The notes below the pieces were generated by a model, which was given only the letters and a program-made list of their open reading frames with translations, did not search any database and was not told where the DNA came from. Positions 22,448-32,468 of a stretch of DNA of 64,000 nt are shown here, piece by piece (the first letter of the stretch is position 1; each line of letters begins with the position of its first letter). This stretch comes from Planctomycetota bacterium (lineage in GTDB: Bacteria; Planctomycetota; PLA2; JAEUHO01). Made by a program: the position numbers and the translations under genes. Location of the stretch: contig CBDCWP010000034.1 in NCBI GenBank assembly GCA_965223505.1, positions 160,001 to 224,000 of the forward strand, written 5' to 3'.

Positions 22448-23290
22448 ATGGAGGGCGCCCGCCACACCACTCGAGGTTCGGCGCTCTGGGACTTCCTCTA
22501 TACGTTCATCACGGCGCGGCGCGTCTTTCTTTCGATCTTCAAGCGCTATGAGCGCCGCGTCCTGAAGGCGGCCCGCGAGCGCGGTGTGGATCGCAGCGAT
22601 CTCGTTCTCCCGCCGCAGCAGCTCTGGAAGCTGTTCCACTTGCGCCGGCTCGAACTGCTGCGCGATCAACGACTCGGGCCGTTGCGGGAGCTGTCGCAGC
22701 AGATCTTCGGTGACAGCGGCGACGAAGGCCTCATGGACGCGTACTGCGGCCACATGTATCACGAGATCTCGATTCTCAGCGAGGAGCACCAGAGCGTGGG
22801 GCGGTTCGTGCGTCACCACGACCCTCGCCGCTACCGCGCGCTGTTCGAAGAGGTGAGCGGCTACTACCCGACGCGCCTGCGGCGGGTGAAGCGCTTCTTC
22901 GCGAGCGGCATGAAGCGGCTCGACGAGCTGCTGCCGCGTTGGAGCTCCGAGCGCGTCGTGATCCGCAGCACCTACCTGTTCGGCGATCGGTTGGCGCGCC
23001 TGGCGTACGGCCGCGGGCGTGAGGCCCTGTACCAGCGCATGTACCCGCGCGGCGGGGCCATTCGCGGGTACTTGACGGCGGCCCGTTCGTTCATGGATTC
23101 GGGATTCACGCCGCAGGCCGGCGCGGCGCTCGGCGAGGCGGCGCGCATCGCGAAGACACTGGAGGGCAGCGGTCGCGATCTCATGACGGACGACCGCGCT
23201 GCGATCCAAGAAGTGCAAGAGATGATGGTGTTGCTGATGGGCGGCGCGAAGGGGGCGGCCGCCGGTGTCGAGAGCGGGACCCCGGAGTAG
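22448..23290 (+). CDS. Hypothetical helical protein
   Basis: 280-aa ORF with genome-typical codon use and an upstream purine-rich RBS-like site; no family recognised. Confidence 0.75.
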   Translation: MEGARHTTRGSALWDFLYTFITARRVFLSIFKRYERRVLKAARERGVDRSDLVLPPQQLWKLFHLRRLELLRDQRLGPLRELSQQIFGDSGDEGLMDAYCGHMYHEISILSEEHQSVGRFVRHHDPRRYRALFEEVSGYYPTRLRRVKRFFASGMKRLDELLPRWSSERVVIRSTYLFGDRLARLAYGRGREALYQRMYPRGGAIRGYLTAARSFMDSGFTPQAGAALGEAARIAKTLEGSGRDLMTDDRAAIQEVQEMMVLLMGGAKGAAAGVESGTPE

Positions 23291-23403
23291 TCGCCGTCGG
23301 TGAGAGCGACGGCGTGCGCGTACACGTCCACGTGAGACGCGGTGGTCGAGCCGGCCCATGCAACGATTGCGCCCGAACCACAGGTGCGCCCTACAATCCC
23401 CGA

Positions 23404-24843
23404 ATGCCCTCCGACACGTCCGTTCATCCCGCGCCGCACGTCGCCCCCGCGGACGACATCGCGCTCTCCGGCGAAGCGCGCCACGTGTACTTCGTCAGCT
23501 TCGGCTGCCAGATGAACGTGCTCGACTCGGAGCTCGTGCTGGGGGACCTGAAGCGCAACGGCTACCGCCGCACCGACGAGATGCGCACCGCCGACGTCGT
23601 GCTCATCAACACCTGCTCGATCCGCGAGCACGCCGAATCGAAGGTCTGGAGCCTTCTGGGCCGCGCACGCCAAGTCAAGTCCGCGCGCCCGCACATGAAG
23701 ATCGGCGTCATCGGTTGCATGGCGCAGCGCGTCAAGAACGACATCGCCAAGCGCGCGCCGCACGTCGACCTCATCCTCGGCACGTCCAACTTCCGCTCGG
23801 CCGTACAGGACCTGGAGGATCTCTTCGACGGCGGCGGCCGCATCGTGCGCACCGACAAGCGGCCGGACCCCGAGTTCCTCCCCGACGCCGACCGCAACGT
23901 CACCGTTCGGCCGGACCCGTTCCGCGCGTACGTCACGATCATGCGCGGCTGCAACCACAGCTGCACGTACTGCATCGTCCCGCACACGCGCGGCAAGGAG
24001 GTCTCGCGTCCGGTCGACGACGTCCTGCACGAGGTCCAGGCGCTCGTCGACGACGGCGTGCGCGAGGTCACCTTCCTCGGGCAGAACATCAACACCTACG
24101 GCCAGGACCTGCATCCGAAGCGCGAGCACACCGGTGAGATCTGCACGCTGCTCGAGCGCGCCGCCGAGATCGAAGGGCTGGACCGGATCCGGTTCCTCAC
24201 CAGCAATCCGTTCGACATGACCGAGGACATGATGCGTCGCTTCGGCGCCGTGAAGAAGGTCATGCCGTGGCTGCACATCCCGGCGCAGTCCGGTTCCGAC
24301 GCCGTGCTGCGTCGCATGCAGCGCACGTACACGGTCGCGCAGTACCACGAGGTCGTCGGTTGGGCCCGCAAGCACATCCCGGGCGTCGAGATCACCTGCG
24401 ACTTCATCGTCGGCTTCACCGGCGAGACCGACGAGGACTTCGAAGCGACGAAGCAGCTCGTGCGCGACGTCGGATTCCTGCAGTCGTACGTCTTCAAGTA
24501 CAGCCTGCGTCCGCGAACCCTCTCGGCGCGCAACCTGCCCGACGACGTTCCCGAAGACGTGAAGAAGCGCCGCAACGTCGAGCTGTTGGCGGTGCAGGAC
24601 GAGATCGCGCTGGCGCGCAACCGGAGGATGATCGGAGAGCGAGTCGAGGTGCTGGTCGAGGGCGTCAGCAAGTCCGACGCCTCGCGCGTGACCGGCCGCG
24701 ACTTCAGCAACCGGCTCGTCCACTTCGACGGGGGGGGCGAGCTCGCGGGCCGCTTGGCGATCGTCGAGATCACCGATGCCTGGGCGCACTCGTTCATCGG
24801 AAAGCTGATCGAGGTCGAGGAAGCGTCACGGATCGAGCCGTGA
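23404..24843 (+). CDS. miaB: tRNA-i6A37 methylthiotransferase
   Basis: GCQMN, NTCSIRE, GCNHSCTYC (radical SAM), C-terminal TRAM domain. Confidence 0.96.
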   Translation: MPSDTSVHPAPHVAPADDIALSGEARHVYFVSFGCQMNVLDSELVLGDLKRNGYRRTDEMRTADVVLINTCSIREHAESKVWSLLGRARQVKSARPHMKIGVIGCMAQRVKNDIAKRAPHVDLILGTSNFRSAVQDLEDLFDGGGRIVRTDKRPDPEFLPDADRNVTVRPDPFRAYVTIMRGCNHSCTYCIVPHTRGKEVSRPVDDVLHEVQALVDDGVREVTFLGQNINTYGQDLHPKREHTGEICTLLERAAEIEGLDRIRFLTSNPFDMTEDMMRRFGAVKKVMPWLHIPAQSGSDAVLRRMQRTYTVAQYHEVVGWARKHIPGVEITCDFIVGFTGETDEDFEATKQLVRDVGFLQSYVFKYSLRPRTLSARNLPDDVPEDVKKRRNVELLAVQDEIALARNRRMIGERVEVLVEGVSKSDASRVTGRDFSNRLVHFDGGGELAGRLAIVEITDAWAHSFIGKLIEVEEASRIEP

Positions 24844-25340
24844 CGGCGCCGATTGCTGCTGTCGGAGAATCGCTTCTCGCACTTCTGCGCGAGGGACTCC
24901 GCGCTTCAGACCAGCAGCGCGTCGTGTTGGTGTCGCCCGCCGAGGCGGTGGGCACCGATGCCGGGCTCTCGGTGTTCCTCTTCCACCTGCAGGGGAGTCC
25001 GGACCTCAGAAGTCCGGCCGGCAAGGGCGGGCGCTCGGGCGCGACGCTCGATCTGCACTTCCTGATCACCGCTCATCTCGATAAGGGGATCCCCGACGTC
25101 AGCGACCGCGAAGCGGCTGCCCTCGCCGAGCTGGGCCGCGCCATCGGCGTCTTGCACGACAACCAGGTCTTGCGGGGCGCCCGGCTGCGAGGGGAGCTGG
25201 CGGACACGGATCTCGTCCTTCGAGTCGAGATGGTGACGCTGACGACGAAGGACCTGGCAGCTGTTTGGAGCCTCTTCCCAGGCATTTCCTACCGGACGTC
25301 CGCAGCATTCCGCGTTTCCCTGGTCCCGATCGAGGGCTGA
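24840..25340 (+). CDS. DUF4255 / Pvc16-like protein
   Basis: LSVFLFH, LDLHFLITA, LGRAIGVLHDN, VWSLF...YRTSAAFRV resemble DUF4255; GTG overlaps the miaB stop. Confidence 0.75.
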   Translation: MTAPIAAVGESLLALLREGLRASDQQRVVLVSPAEAVGTDAGLSVFLFHLQGSPDLRSPAGKGGRSGATLDLHFLITAHLDKGIPDVSDREAAALAELGRAIGVLHDNQVLRGARLRGELADTDLVLRVEMVTLTTKDLAAVWSLFPGISYRTSAAFRVSLVPIEG

Positions 25341-25373
25341 GCCTGCAGCCTCCGCACGTGGTATCCCTGGGCG

Positions 25374-26198
25374 ATGCGCGACGTTCTTACGGCTCTCTCC
25401 GTCTGCGGGCTCCTCGGATCGGGCGTGATTGCCGGGGTGTTCTTCGCCTTCTCGAGCTTCGTGATGGGAGCGCTCGGTCGCCGGCCCCCGCTCGAGGGGC
25501 TGCAAGCCATGCAGTCGATCAACGTGGTCGTGCTGAACTGGCGCTTTCTGGGCGCCTTCATCGGGACCGCGGTCATCTCGGCGGCTGTAGTCGTTCTGGC
25601 GCTGATGGAAGGTGGACCGGCGGCCGGCTACCTCGTCGCGGGCGGCGTGCTCTACGTGGTCGGCACGTTTGTCGTGACCGCGTTCGGCAACGTCCCCCTC
25701 AACGAGGCGCTGGCGAAGGTGTCACCGAGCGACGACGGCGCTGCGGAGGCGTGGCGCCGGTACGCAAGGCGCTGGACGTCTTGGAACCACGCGCGAACGC
25801 TCGCGGCCGCGCTCGCTGCGCTCTCTTTCTGCGTCGGGCTTCTTCAGCCGGACGCAGCGGCCGTCGCGGGCGCCGTGACGCCGCGTGAGCAGGAGGTGGA
25901 CCGAAGCGCCATCCTCGCGGCCGCCAAGGGGGCCAACTCGCGCGTGGTCGTCATCCCGACGGACGGCGCGCCGGAGAGCGTCGTCGTGGACCAGCTCACG
26001 GCCTGGAAGGACGCCGGGACCGGGCATGTCCTGCCGCTGGACGCCGATCGACCGGAGAGCGCGGCCGGGCTCTTCCGGCTCGCGGACGTCATCGAGCTCG
26101 CGGGCCCCGGCCCGCACTCGGTCGTAGGGCGGGACGACGTTCGCCTGGCGCTCGATGCCGCGCGCGCGCGCGGCGCGATCGTGGTGGGGGGCGAGTAG
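25374..26198 (+). CDS. DUF1772 (anthrone oxygenase-like) membrane protein with a C-terminal extension
   Basis: GVFFAFSSFVMGAL, AMQSINV, NVPLNEAL, WTSWNHART. Confidence 0.8.
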   Translation: MRDVLTALSVCGLLGSGVIAGVFFAFSSFVMGALGRRPPLEGLQAMQSINVVVLNWRFLGAFIGTAVISAAVVVLALMEGGPAAGYLVAGGVLYVVGTFVVTAFGNVPLNEALAKVSPSDDGAAEAWRRYARRWTSWNHARTLAAALAALSFCVGLLQPDAAAVAGAVTPREQEVDRSAILAAAKGANSRVVVIPTDGAPESVVVDQLTAWKDAGTGHVLPLDADRPESAAGLFRLADVIELAGPGPHSVVGRDDVRLALDAARARGAIVVGGE

Positions 26199-26301
26199 CC
26201 GGTGTCGTCGCTCGCTGACGTCACCTCGAGCGACGCCGGCTCGCCGAACCGGATCGAGAGGCGCGCATCGTGCAGCCCATGACGCTGTATCCTGGCGCCG
26301 C

Positions 26302-26718
26302 ATGAACGCACTCGAACTCACGCTCGAGGTGGAAGCGGAGATCAAGGCGCTCCACCGGGAATTCCGCAGCTGGTTTCGGGGCGAGTCGAACGACATCTCG
26401 CGCATGGACGGTTCGTTTGCCGCGTATTTCACGTTCATCTCCCCGCAGGGTGAGATGGTCGATCGCGCGGAGCTCATGCAGAATCTGCGCGCCGGCAAGG
26501 GCGCCAGCCGCATCGACATCCAGATCGACAACGTGATGGTGCATTGGAGCGAAGGTGACGCGATCGTCGCGTCGTACGAAGAGATCCACGTTCACGCCGA
26601 CTACAAGACCGTGCGCCAGTCGACGGTGTTGATGACGCGCGATGCGAAGGCGCCGGGCGGGTTCCTTTGGCGACATGTCCACGAGACCTGGAAGATCCCG
26701 CCGCCGCATCGGCGCTAG
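26302..26718 (+). CDS. DUF4440 / NTF2-like protein
   Basis: EIKALHREFRSWF, FTFISPQG, WRHVHETW. Confidence 0.75.
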   Translation: MNALELTLEVEAEIKALHREFRSWFRGESNDISRMDGSFAAYFTFISPQGEMVDRAELMQNLRAGKGASRIDIQIDNVMVHWSEGDAIVASYEEIHVHADYKTVRQSTVLMTRDAKAPGGFLWRHVHETWKIPPPHRR

Positions 26719-26810
26719 CGACTTCCGTCCCGAACATCGAGCACGATGCTGCGCTGCGCCGGGCCACTCGTTATCTAGAGGCGGGGTTTGGACACGGCCG
26801 GAGGTCCGCT

Positions 26811-28199
26811 GTGTGTAGTCCGCTCCTGGCCCCGTTCGTCCTGCTGGTCGCATCGCTGGTGGTGACCACACCGCGCCCCGCCTGCGCCGAGGACGATCTC
26901 GAGGCCCGCCTCACGAAGCTTCGCACGTGGCAGGACGGGGAGCTTCGCAAGCAGCTGAAGAAGGCGCTCGCCGCGACGGACGTCACGTTCGCGGGCCGGG
27001 TGCTCAACGAGCTGGATCGAATCCTGCCCGATGTCGGCACCGCCGACGAGCGCACGGCGCTCGAAGCCCTCGAGGAGAACGACCGCAAGTCGCTCAAGGC
27101 CCGGCCCGGCCTGGAGAAGACCTACGCGAAGTATGCCGCCGCCGCCGCGAAGCGGCTCGCCGCCCTGGCGTCGTGGTCGCAGGAGAACGAGCGCGCCGAC
27201 GACGCCGCATCGCTGGCGCGCGAGGCGACTCGCTACGACCCGGACCAGTCGGAGGCGCGTGGCGTGCTCGGCCAGCAGAAGGTCAAGGGGTGGGGCTGGG
27301 TCGAGACCCAGCGCGCCCTGAGGCTTCGCAAGGGGCTTCTGCCGCTGGGGGACGAGTTCCTCCCGCGCGCCAAGGTCGTCCCCAAGCGCCGCCACTGGGA
27401 GCACGCGTGGGACGTCGAGTCCGACCACTGGCACATTCGAAGCAACCTCGAGCTTGACAGGATCTTCGAGCTACGGGACCTGCTCGAAGCGCACTATCGC
27501 GGATGGATGTCGGACTGGGACGGGTACCTGCCCATGCGCGTGAACCCGCCGCGCTTCCGCGTGTACATCTTCGCGACGAAGCAGCAGTACGAGTCCTACC
27601 TGCAGGAGAACGACTCGGGTCACATTCGCAACGTCCCCGGGCAGTACTCGCCTCACCACAAGCTCGCGACGTTCTTCGACGTCGAGGTGCTGCGCGCGAA
27701 GGGGCAGCGCGTCAGCAGCCTGACCGAGCTGATGCTGCACGAGTGCACGCACCAGCTCATGCACGAGAAGCTGGACGGGCACTTCGCGCACTTCGACACG
27801 CCGTCTTCGCCCAACTTCTGGCTGCACGAAGGGCTGTGCGAGTACTACGGCATGCACACGCTGCAGAAGGGCCGGCTCGTGCTCGACCGCAAGGCGATTC
27901 GCAAGATGGTCCGAACGGGATTTCTGCGCAAGCGACTGGCTCGCGCGCCTGCGGCCTCGGACCTGATCGCACTCACGCGGCAGGCGTATCAGTCCGCGGA
28001 CGGCGAAACGCGACAGATGAACTACGTCGTGAGCGGTTTCCTGTGCATGCATCTCACGGAGGAGCACCGGTCGGGGTTCCGCAAGCTGCTCCGAGCGGCC
28101 TACTGTGAGGAGAACACACCGGACCTCGTCGAGAAGCTCATGGGCACGGATCCTGCCGAGCTCGACCGGTCTCTACGGTCGTTCCTCGCGAAGCTCTGA
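26811..28199 (+). CDS. Secreted DUF1570-like zinc-metallopeptidase-fold protein
   Basis: Signal peptide; HECTH and WLHEGLCEY gluzincin-like motifs; start approximate. Confidence 0.7.
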   Translation: MCSPLLAPFVLLVASLVVTTPRPACAEDDLEARLTKLRTWQDGELRKQLKKALAATDVTFAGRVLNELDRILPDVGTADERTALEALEENDRKSLKARPGLEKTYAKYAAAAAKRLAALASWSQENERADDAASLAREATRYDPDQSEARGVLGQQKVKGWGWVETQRALRLRKGLLPLGDEFLPRAKVVPKRRHWEHAWDVESDHWHIRSNLELDRIFELRDLLEAHYRGWMSDWDGYLPMRVNPPRFRVYIFATKQQYESYLQENDSGHIRNVPGQYSPHHKLATFFDVEVLRAKGQRVSSLTELMLHECTHQLMHEKLDGHFAHFDTPSSPNFWLHEGLCEYYGMHTLQKGRLVLDRKAIRKMVRTGFLRKRLARAPAASDLIALTRQAYQSADGETRQMNYVVSGFLCMHLTEEHRSGFRKLLRAAYCEENTPDLVEKLMGTDPAELDRSLRSFLAKL

Positions 28200-28303
28200 T
28201 CGGCCGTCGCGCTTGACGCCGCGCCGGAGGCAACCGTGCCCACGTCGAACCCTACGTTCGAGCTGGTCGTTCCAGCGGCGGACACCGGAGATCGGCTCGG
28301 CGA

Positions 28304-29560
28304 CTAGAGGTCCACGCGCGCGTCGAACAAGAGACTCGGGTCGTTGCGGGGAATCGTCAGCATCAACGTCGAGAACGTGTGCTCGACCTCGCCCTTGAAA
28401 ACCTGCTCGTCGTTCACGGTGATCACGACCTCCTTCGTTGGGTCCACCAACGGCTCGCCCAACAGCACCGACATGCCGGTCACGTCGCCGGATGAATGTT
28501 CGTGCGTGGTGATCTCGATTCGGTTGCCGGGCTTCGCGCGGAACTCGATGAGCGCCTCTTCCTCGGCGCGGGCCCAGTAGATCCAATACATCTGCCGCTT
28601 CCAGTGAAGCACCGGCTGCCACAGGAACGACGCCGGCCGCGGCACCCGGGGGTGCGACGCAAGCCACTTCTGCGAAGGGAGATAGCCCCCTTTGGGCGGC
28701 GCGTGCCCGCGCCCCTCCACGCGGTCGTAGCGGAAATTGAAACCGTCGGGGAAGCGCTTCTTCAGCTCCCGCAGCTTGATGATCGCGAAATCGTTGGACG
28801 CCGGCGGCACGTTCTTGTCGTCACCGCTCTGATAGAGGTGCAGCGGCAGATTGAAGTAGCTCGGCAAGATGCCGCGCTGCACCTCGCTGAACTCCTCGTC
28901 GCTCGGCTTGCGCTTCATGCAGGTGGGTGCGCCCGCGTACGGGCCGACGCCCGCGAAGACGTCGGCATGATGCGCGCCCAGCGTCCATGACCCGTAGCCG
29001 CCCATGCTGTGGCCGCTGATGTAGATCCGATTCGGGTCGATCTTCCAGGTGCGCTTGGCCGCCTCGATGAGCTCCATCACGAACGCCTCGGTGCTCGAGT
29101 CCGTCCAGCCGTGCTCGGTCTTCTCGAGGACCTCGGGGTAGATCCACCCCCAGCCGCCTCCACCCATGCCGACGCTCTCCGCCGAGCCGGAGCCCGCGCC
29201 GCCGCCGTGGAGCCCGATCCACAACGCCTTCGTCGGCTTGCCCGAGACGATGTACTTGCCGCGCTTCTCGCCGTAGAGGTAGTTCGTGCCGGACGCCTCG
29301 AGCTTCGGACCGACCTTCGAAGCCGCCTTGAGCAGGTCCGCGCGCAGCTTCTTCAGCGCGCCCGGTGCGAGCGGCGCCAGCTCCTCGTCCCACTGCTTGC
29401 GCATGTCCTCGCGCGTGCCGAAGTCCGCCTCGATGTACGTCTTGACGAGGCGCTGTAGCGCCTTGCCGCGCGGGGGTTTGCCTTTGCCGGGGGCGGCGGC
29501 GGCCGGATGCACCGACAGCAAGGCCCCTGCGATGAACAACAGCAACGTGCGCCTACCCAT
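28304..29560 (-). CDS. Secreted alpha/beta hydrolase (esterase/peptidase-like)
   Basis: Signal peptide; LHGGG, IDPNRIYISGHSMGGYG, D(KNVP), GRGH. Confidence 0.85.
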   Translation of the reverse strand: MGRRTLLLFIAGALLSVHPAAAAPGKGKPPRGKALQRLVKTYIEADFGTREDMRKQWDEELAPLAPGALKKLRADLLKAASKVGPKLEASGTNYLYGEKRGKYIVSGKPTKALWIGLHGGGAGSGSAESVGMGGGGWGWIYPEVLEKTEHGWTDSSTEAFVMELIEAAKRTWKIDPNRIYISGHSMGGYGSWTLGAHHADVFAGVGPYAGAPTCMKRKPSDEEFSEVQRGILPSYFNLPLHLYQSGDDKNVPPASNDFAIIKLRELKKRFPDGFNFRYDRVEGRGHAPPKGGYLPSQKWLASHPRVPRPASFLWQPVLHWKRQMYWIYWARAEEEALIEFRAKPGNRIEITTHEHSSGDVTGMSVLLGEPLVDPTKEVVITVNDEQVFKGEVEHTFSTLMLTIPRNDPSLLFDARVDL

Positions 29561-29605
29561 CGGCGCGGATTGTAGCCGCGGCACCGGCCTTCGTAGGATG
29601 CACCC

Positions 29606-30715
29606 ATGGCCTTCTCGGACCACGACCACGCGACGATGGCGCGCGCCATCGCCCTCGCGCGCAAGGGGCGCTTCGCCGTCGAGCCGAACCCGCCGGTCGG
29701 CTGCGTCATCGAGCAGGATCAAACGGTCGTGGGGGAGGGCTGGCACAAGGGCTACGCGGGTCCGCACGCGGAGATCGAGGCGCTGACGCTCGCCGGCGAG
29801 AGTGCGCATGGCGCGACGGCGTACGTGTCGCTCGAGCCCTGCAATCACGACGGGAAGACGCCGCCGTGCGTCGATGCGCTGATCGCCGCGAAGGTGGAGC
29901 GTGTCGTCTACGGAACGCGCGATCCGAACCCGGAAGCGGCCGATGGCATCGAACGCCTGGTCGCGGCCGGCATCCAGGTCGACGGCCCGCTGCTCGAAGC
30001 GGACGCGCGCGCTCTGCTTGCCCGGTTCGTAGCGTCCCTGGAGTCGGCGCGCCCTTGGATCATCGGCAAGTGGGCCATGTCGCTGGACGGCTCCATCGCG
30101 CCGCGGCGCGGTGGCGGGGGCGCGATCTCGGGACGGCGCGCGCAACTCGTCACCCACGATCTGCGCGGGCGGGTGGACGCGATCGCGGTCGGCATCGGAA
30201 CCGTGCTCGCGGACGATCCGTTGCTCACCTGTCGTCTGGAAGGTGGTCCGGCGGGCGGTGCGCAGCCGATGCGCGTCGTGTTCGACCCGCTCTTGCACAC
30301 GCCGCTGTCGGCGCGCCTGGTGCGCGACGCGCGCTCATCGAGCGTCGTGATCGTCTGCGGAGAGCGCGTCGACGACGCGCGCCGCGACGCGCTCGAAGCC
30401 GCCGGCTGCGAGACCTGGGTGATGGCCGTCGACGATGACGCGCTCGACCTGGATGCCGTCACGCGCGCGCTTCGAACGCGGGGCGTGAGACGGATGTTGG
30501 TGGAGGGTGGCGCGCGCATTCACGGTGCGTTCCTCCGCGCCGGGCTCGTGGATCAGGTGACGGCGTTCGTCGCGCCCCGCATCCTGGGCGGCATCGAGGC
30601 GGTTCCGGCGGTCGTGGACAGTGGATTCGACGACCTAGAGTCCGCGCCCGTGCTCGAAGAGGTGATGTGGCGCAAGGTCGGCGACGACCTGATGTTGCAG
30701 GGGTACGTGCCGTAG
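29606..30715 (+). CDS. ribD: Riboflavin biosynthesis deaminase/reductase
   Basis: PNPPVG, HAE, LEPCNH..TPPC, SLDG, VEGG. Confidence 0.97.
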   Translation: MAFSDHDHATMARAIALARKGRFAVEPNPPVGCVIEQDQTVVGEGWHKGYAGPHAEIEALTLAGESAHGATAYVSLEPCNHDGKTPPCVDALIAAKVERVVYGTRDPNPEAADGIERLVAAGIQVDGPLLEADARALLARFVASLESARPWIIGKWAMSLDGSIAPRRGGGGAISGRRAQLVTHDLRGRVDAIAVGIGTVLADDPLLTCRLEGGPAGGAQPMRVVFDPLLHTPLSARLVRDARSSSVVIVCGERVDDARRDALEAAGCETWVMAVDDDALDLDAVTRALRTRGVRRMLVEGGARIHGAFLRAGLVDQVTAFVAPRILGGIEAVPAVVDSGFDDLESAPVLEEVMWRKVGDDLMLQGYVP

Positions 30716-30805
30716 GGGCAGCCCTTGTGGCTGCCCGATTGGGCGACCACGAGGGTCGCCCCTACATCCTGATCGTGATTGGGCGACCACGAGGGTCGCT
30801 CCTAC
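30712..30805. repeat. GTAG-family REP cluster (3 copies)
   Basis: gtaggggcagcccttgtggctgccc followed by two inverted gggcgaccacgagggtcgc(c/t)cctac. Confidence 0.9.
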
Positions 30806-30867
30806 ATACAACCCGGCGCCGGCCCGCCGTACGGCAGGGGCTCGACCCGCACGCGAGCAACATGCCG

Positions 30868-32409
30868 CTAACGCAGCCGCAAGAGCCGGCGCAACGGGTC
30901 GCTCGCAGGCGCGTCCCAGAACGCCGACGCGAGCGCGTCGGCGCACCTGACCAGGGCGTCCACGCGGCGTTGGGTCGCCGGATCGTCGAGGTCGAGCGAC
31001 TCGATCCAGGCGCCGACGCGGTCGAGTCCGACACGAACGAGCGGGCGCAGCGCATCGTTCTTCCGCAAGGCACGGGCGTATCCGGGGCCGTGCTCGTAGT
31101 AGAGGCGCACCAAGCGCCGCCCGGCTTCGCTGCGTCGAAGCACACGGTCGCGAAACTCACGGAAGCGGTCGACTTCGGGTGAGACCGGATTCTCGTAGAC
31201 CGCGTTGGCGATGAAGCAGTCGAACAACCGGCGGAACGTCTTCCAAAGCTCGACCGCGTCCTTCTTGGCAGCCGGCGTCCACCCCTTGGTGACCGGACCG
31301 ATGTCGTACGTCTGTCCGCCTTCGGTGAGCTTGCCCGTCCCGTCCGCACGGCCGATGACGACGGCTCTCTTCAGTGCCGCGTCGTCGACGGATAGCTCCT
31401 TCTTGAGCGCCTCTGCGGAGGGAAACGTGCCTCGAAGGGTGAGCAGGATCGTGCCGGAGAAGCCCTTGCCGTCCATCTTGCCTTTGATCTTCAACGCGTA
31501 TCGGCCCTTCTCGAGGAAGGGATACTCCTTCAGCGCGGCGTCTTGGATGACCAGGATCATCGACTGCGGGTCGTCGAGTGTGGGGTCGAAGGTGAAGTCG
31601 TCGACGGTCAGCGTCTTCAGCCAGGCGTCGAGCCGCTTGTTCCACTCTTCGTCGCTCTCGTCCTCCTTCCGCTCCAGGTCCTTCTTCTCGAGATTCATCT
31701 TGGCCGCCGCGAAGGCCGCGTAGTAGCGCTCGGCCGGCCCCATGATCTTGCCGAGGTTACCGCCGCAGTGCGCCGTCTCGTCGCCCACGCGTGCCGCCGG
31801 CTTGCCGTCGATGAGCACAGTCGGATCGCCACCGGTGATCTCGAACGTGTTGGATCCGCAGCAGGCCGAGTGGATGCCCTTGTCGCCCTTCCGGGCCGCC
31901 GGTAGGCCGTCGATCGTGACCGTGGGGCTCCCGGAGATGATCGGGCCCTTGACGTCGTGCGGGCACGCGTTGCATCCGTGTGCGCAGTTCGGACAGTGCG
32001 CGAGATCGCCGAGTTTCGCGAACGTCGTGCCCTCGTCGTCCATGGCCTTCGAGCTCACGGCGACCACGTTCCACGATTTCGCGACGTCCTTGCCGCCGAC
32101 GTTCACCGTCAGCGTGATCCGATTCGCACCGGGAGCCTTGAACGCAGGACGCGACTCGGCGCCGACCGCAGGCGTGAACGTCCCCGTGCCCGACCAGGCG
32201 ACCTTGGAGGACCGATCCTCCGTCTTGCCGTCCTTCGTGACCTTGCACGTGGCGCCGAAGACCCAGCCCTCGGTGAACACCTTCGGGCTCTTGCCGGCCG
32301 GATAGGTCAGCTCGAGCGTGACGTCGGCATCGCCGTCGGGCGCGGAGCCGACCTCGGAACACGGAACGAGGAGCGCGACGATCAGGATCGAAAGAGCGGC
32401 GTATCTCAT
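30868..32409 (-). CDS. Signal-peptide protein with a PAAR domain and a C-terminal CFI-box-CTERM-like domain
   Basis: MRYAALSILIVALLV; GSPTVTIDGLPAARKGD and VLIDGKPAARVGD; CFIANAVY...FRDRVL...GRRLVRLYY. Confidence 0.85.
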   Translation of the reverse strand: MRYAALSILIVALLVPCSEVGSAPDGDADVTLELTYPAGKSPKVFTEGWVFGATCKVTKDGKTEDRSSKVAWSGTGTFTPAVGAESRPAFKAPGANRITLTVNVGGKDVAKSWNVVAVSSKAMDDEGTTFAKLGDLAHCPNCAHGCNACPHDVKGPIISGSPTVTIDGLPAARKGDKGIHSACCGSNTFEITGGDPTVLIDGKPAARVGDETAHCGGNLGKIMGPAERYYAAFAAAKMNLEKKDLERKEDESDEEWNKRLDAWLKTLTVDDFTFDPTLDDPQSMILVIQDAALKEYPFLEKGRYALKIKGKMDGKGFSGTILLTLRGTFPSAEALKKELSVDDAALKRAVVIGRADGTGKLTEGGQTYDIGPVTKGWTPAAKKDAVELWKTFRRLFDCFIANAVYENPVSPEVDRFREFRDRVLRRSEAGRRLVRLYYEHGPGYARALRKNDALRPLVRVGLDRVGAWIESLDLDDPATQRRVDALVRCADALASAFWDAPASDPLRRLLRLR

Positions 32410-32468
32410 GCCGCCAGCGTACCGAAGCGCGGTCGGAAGGGGCACCCCCCGTGCTGCGGAGTTCTGCG

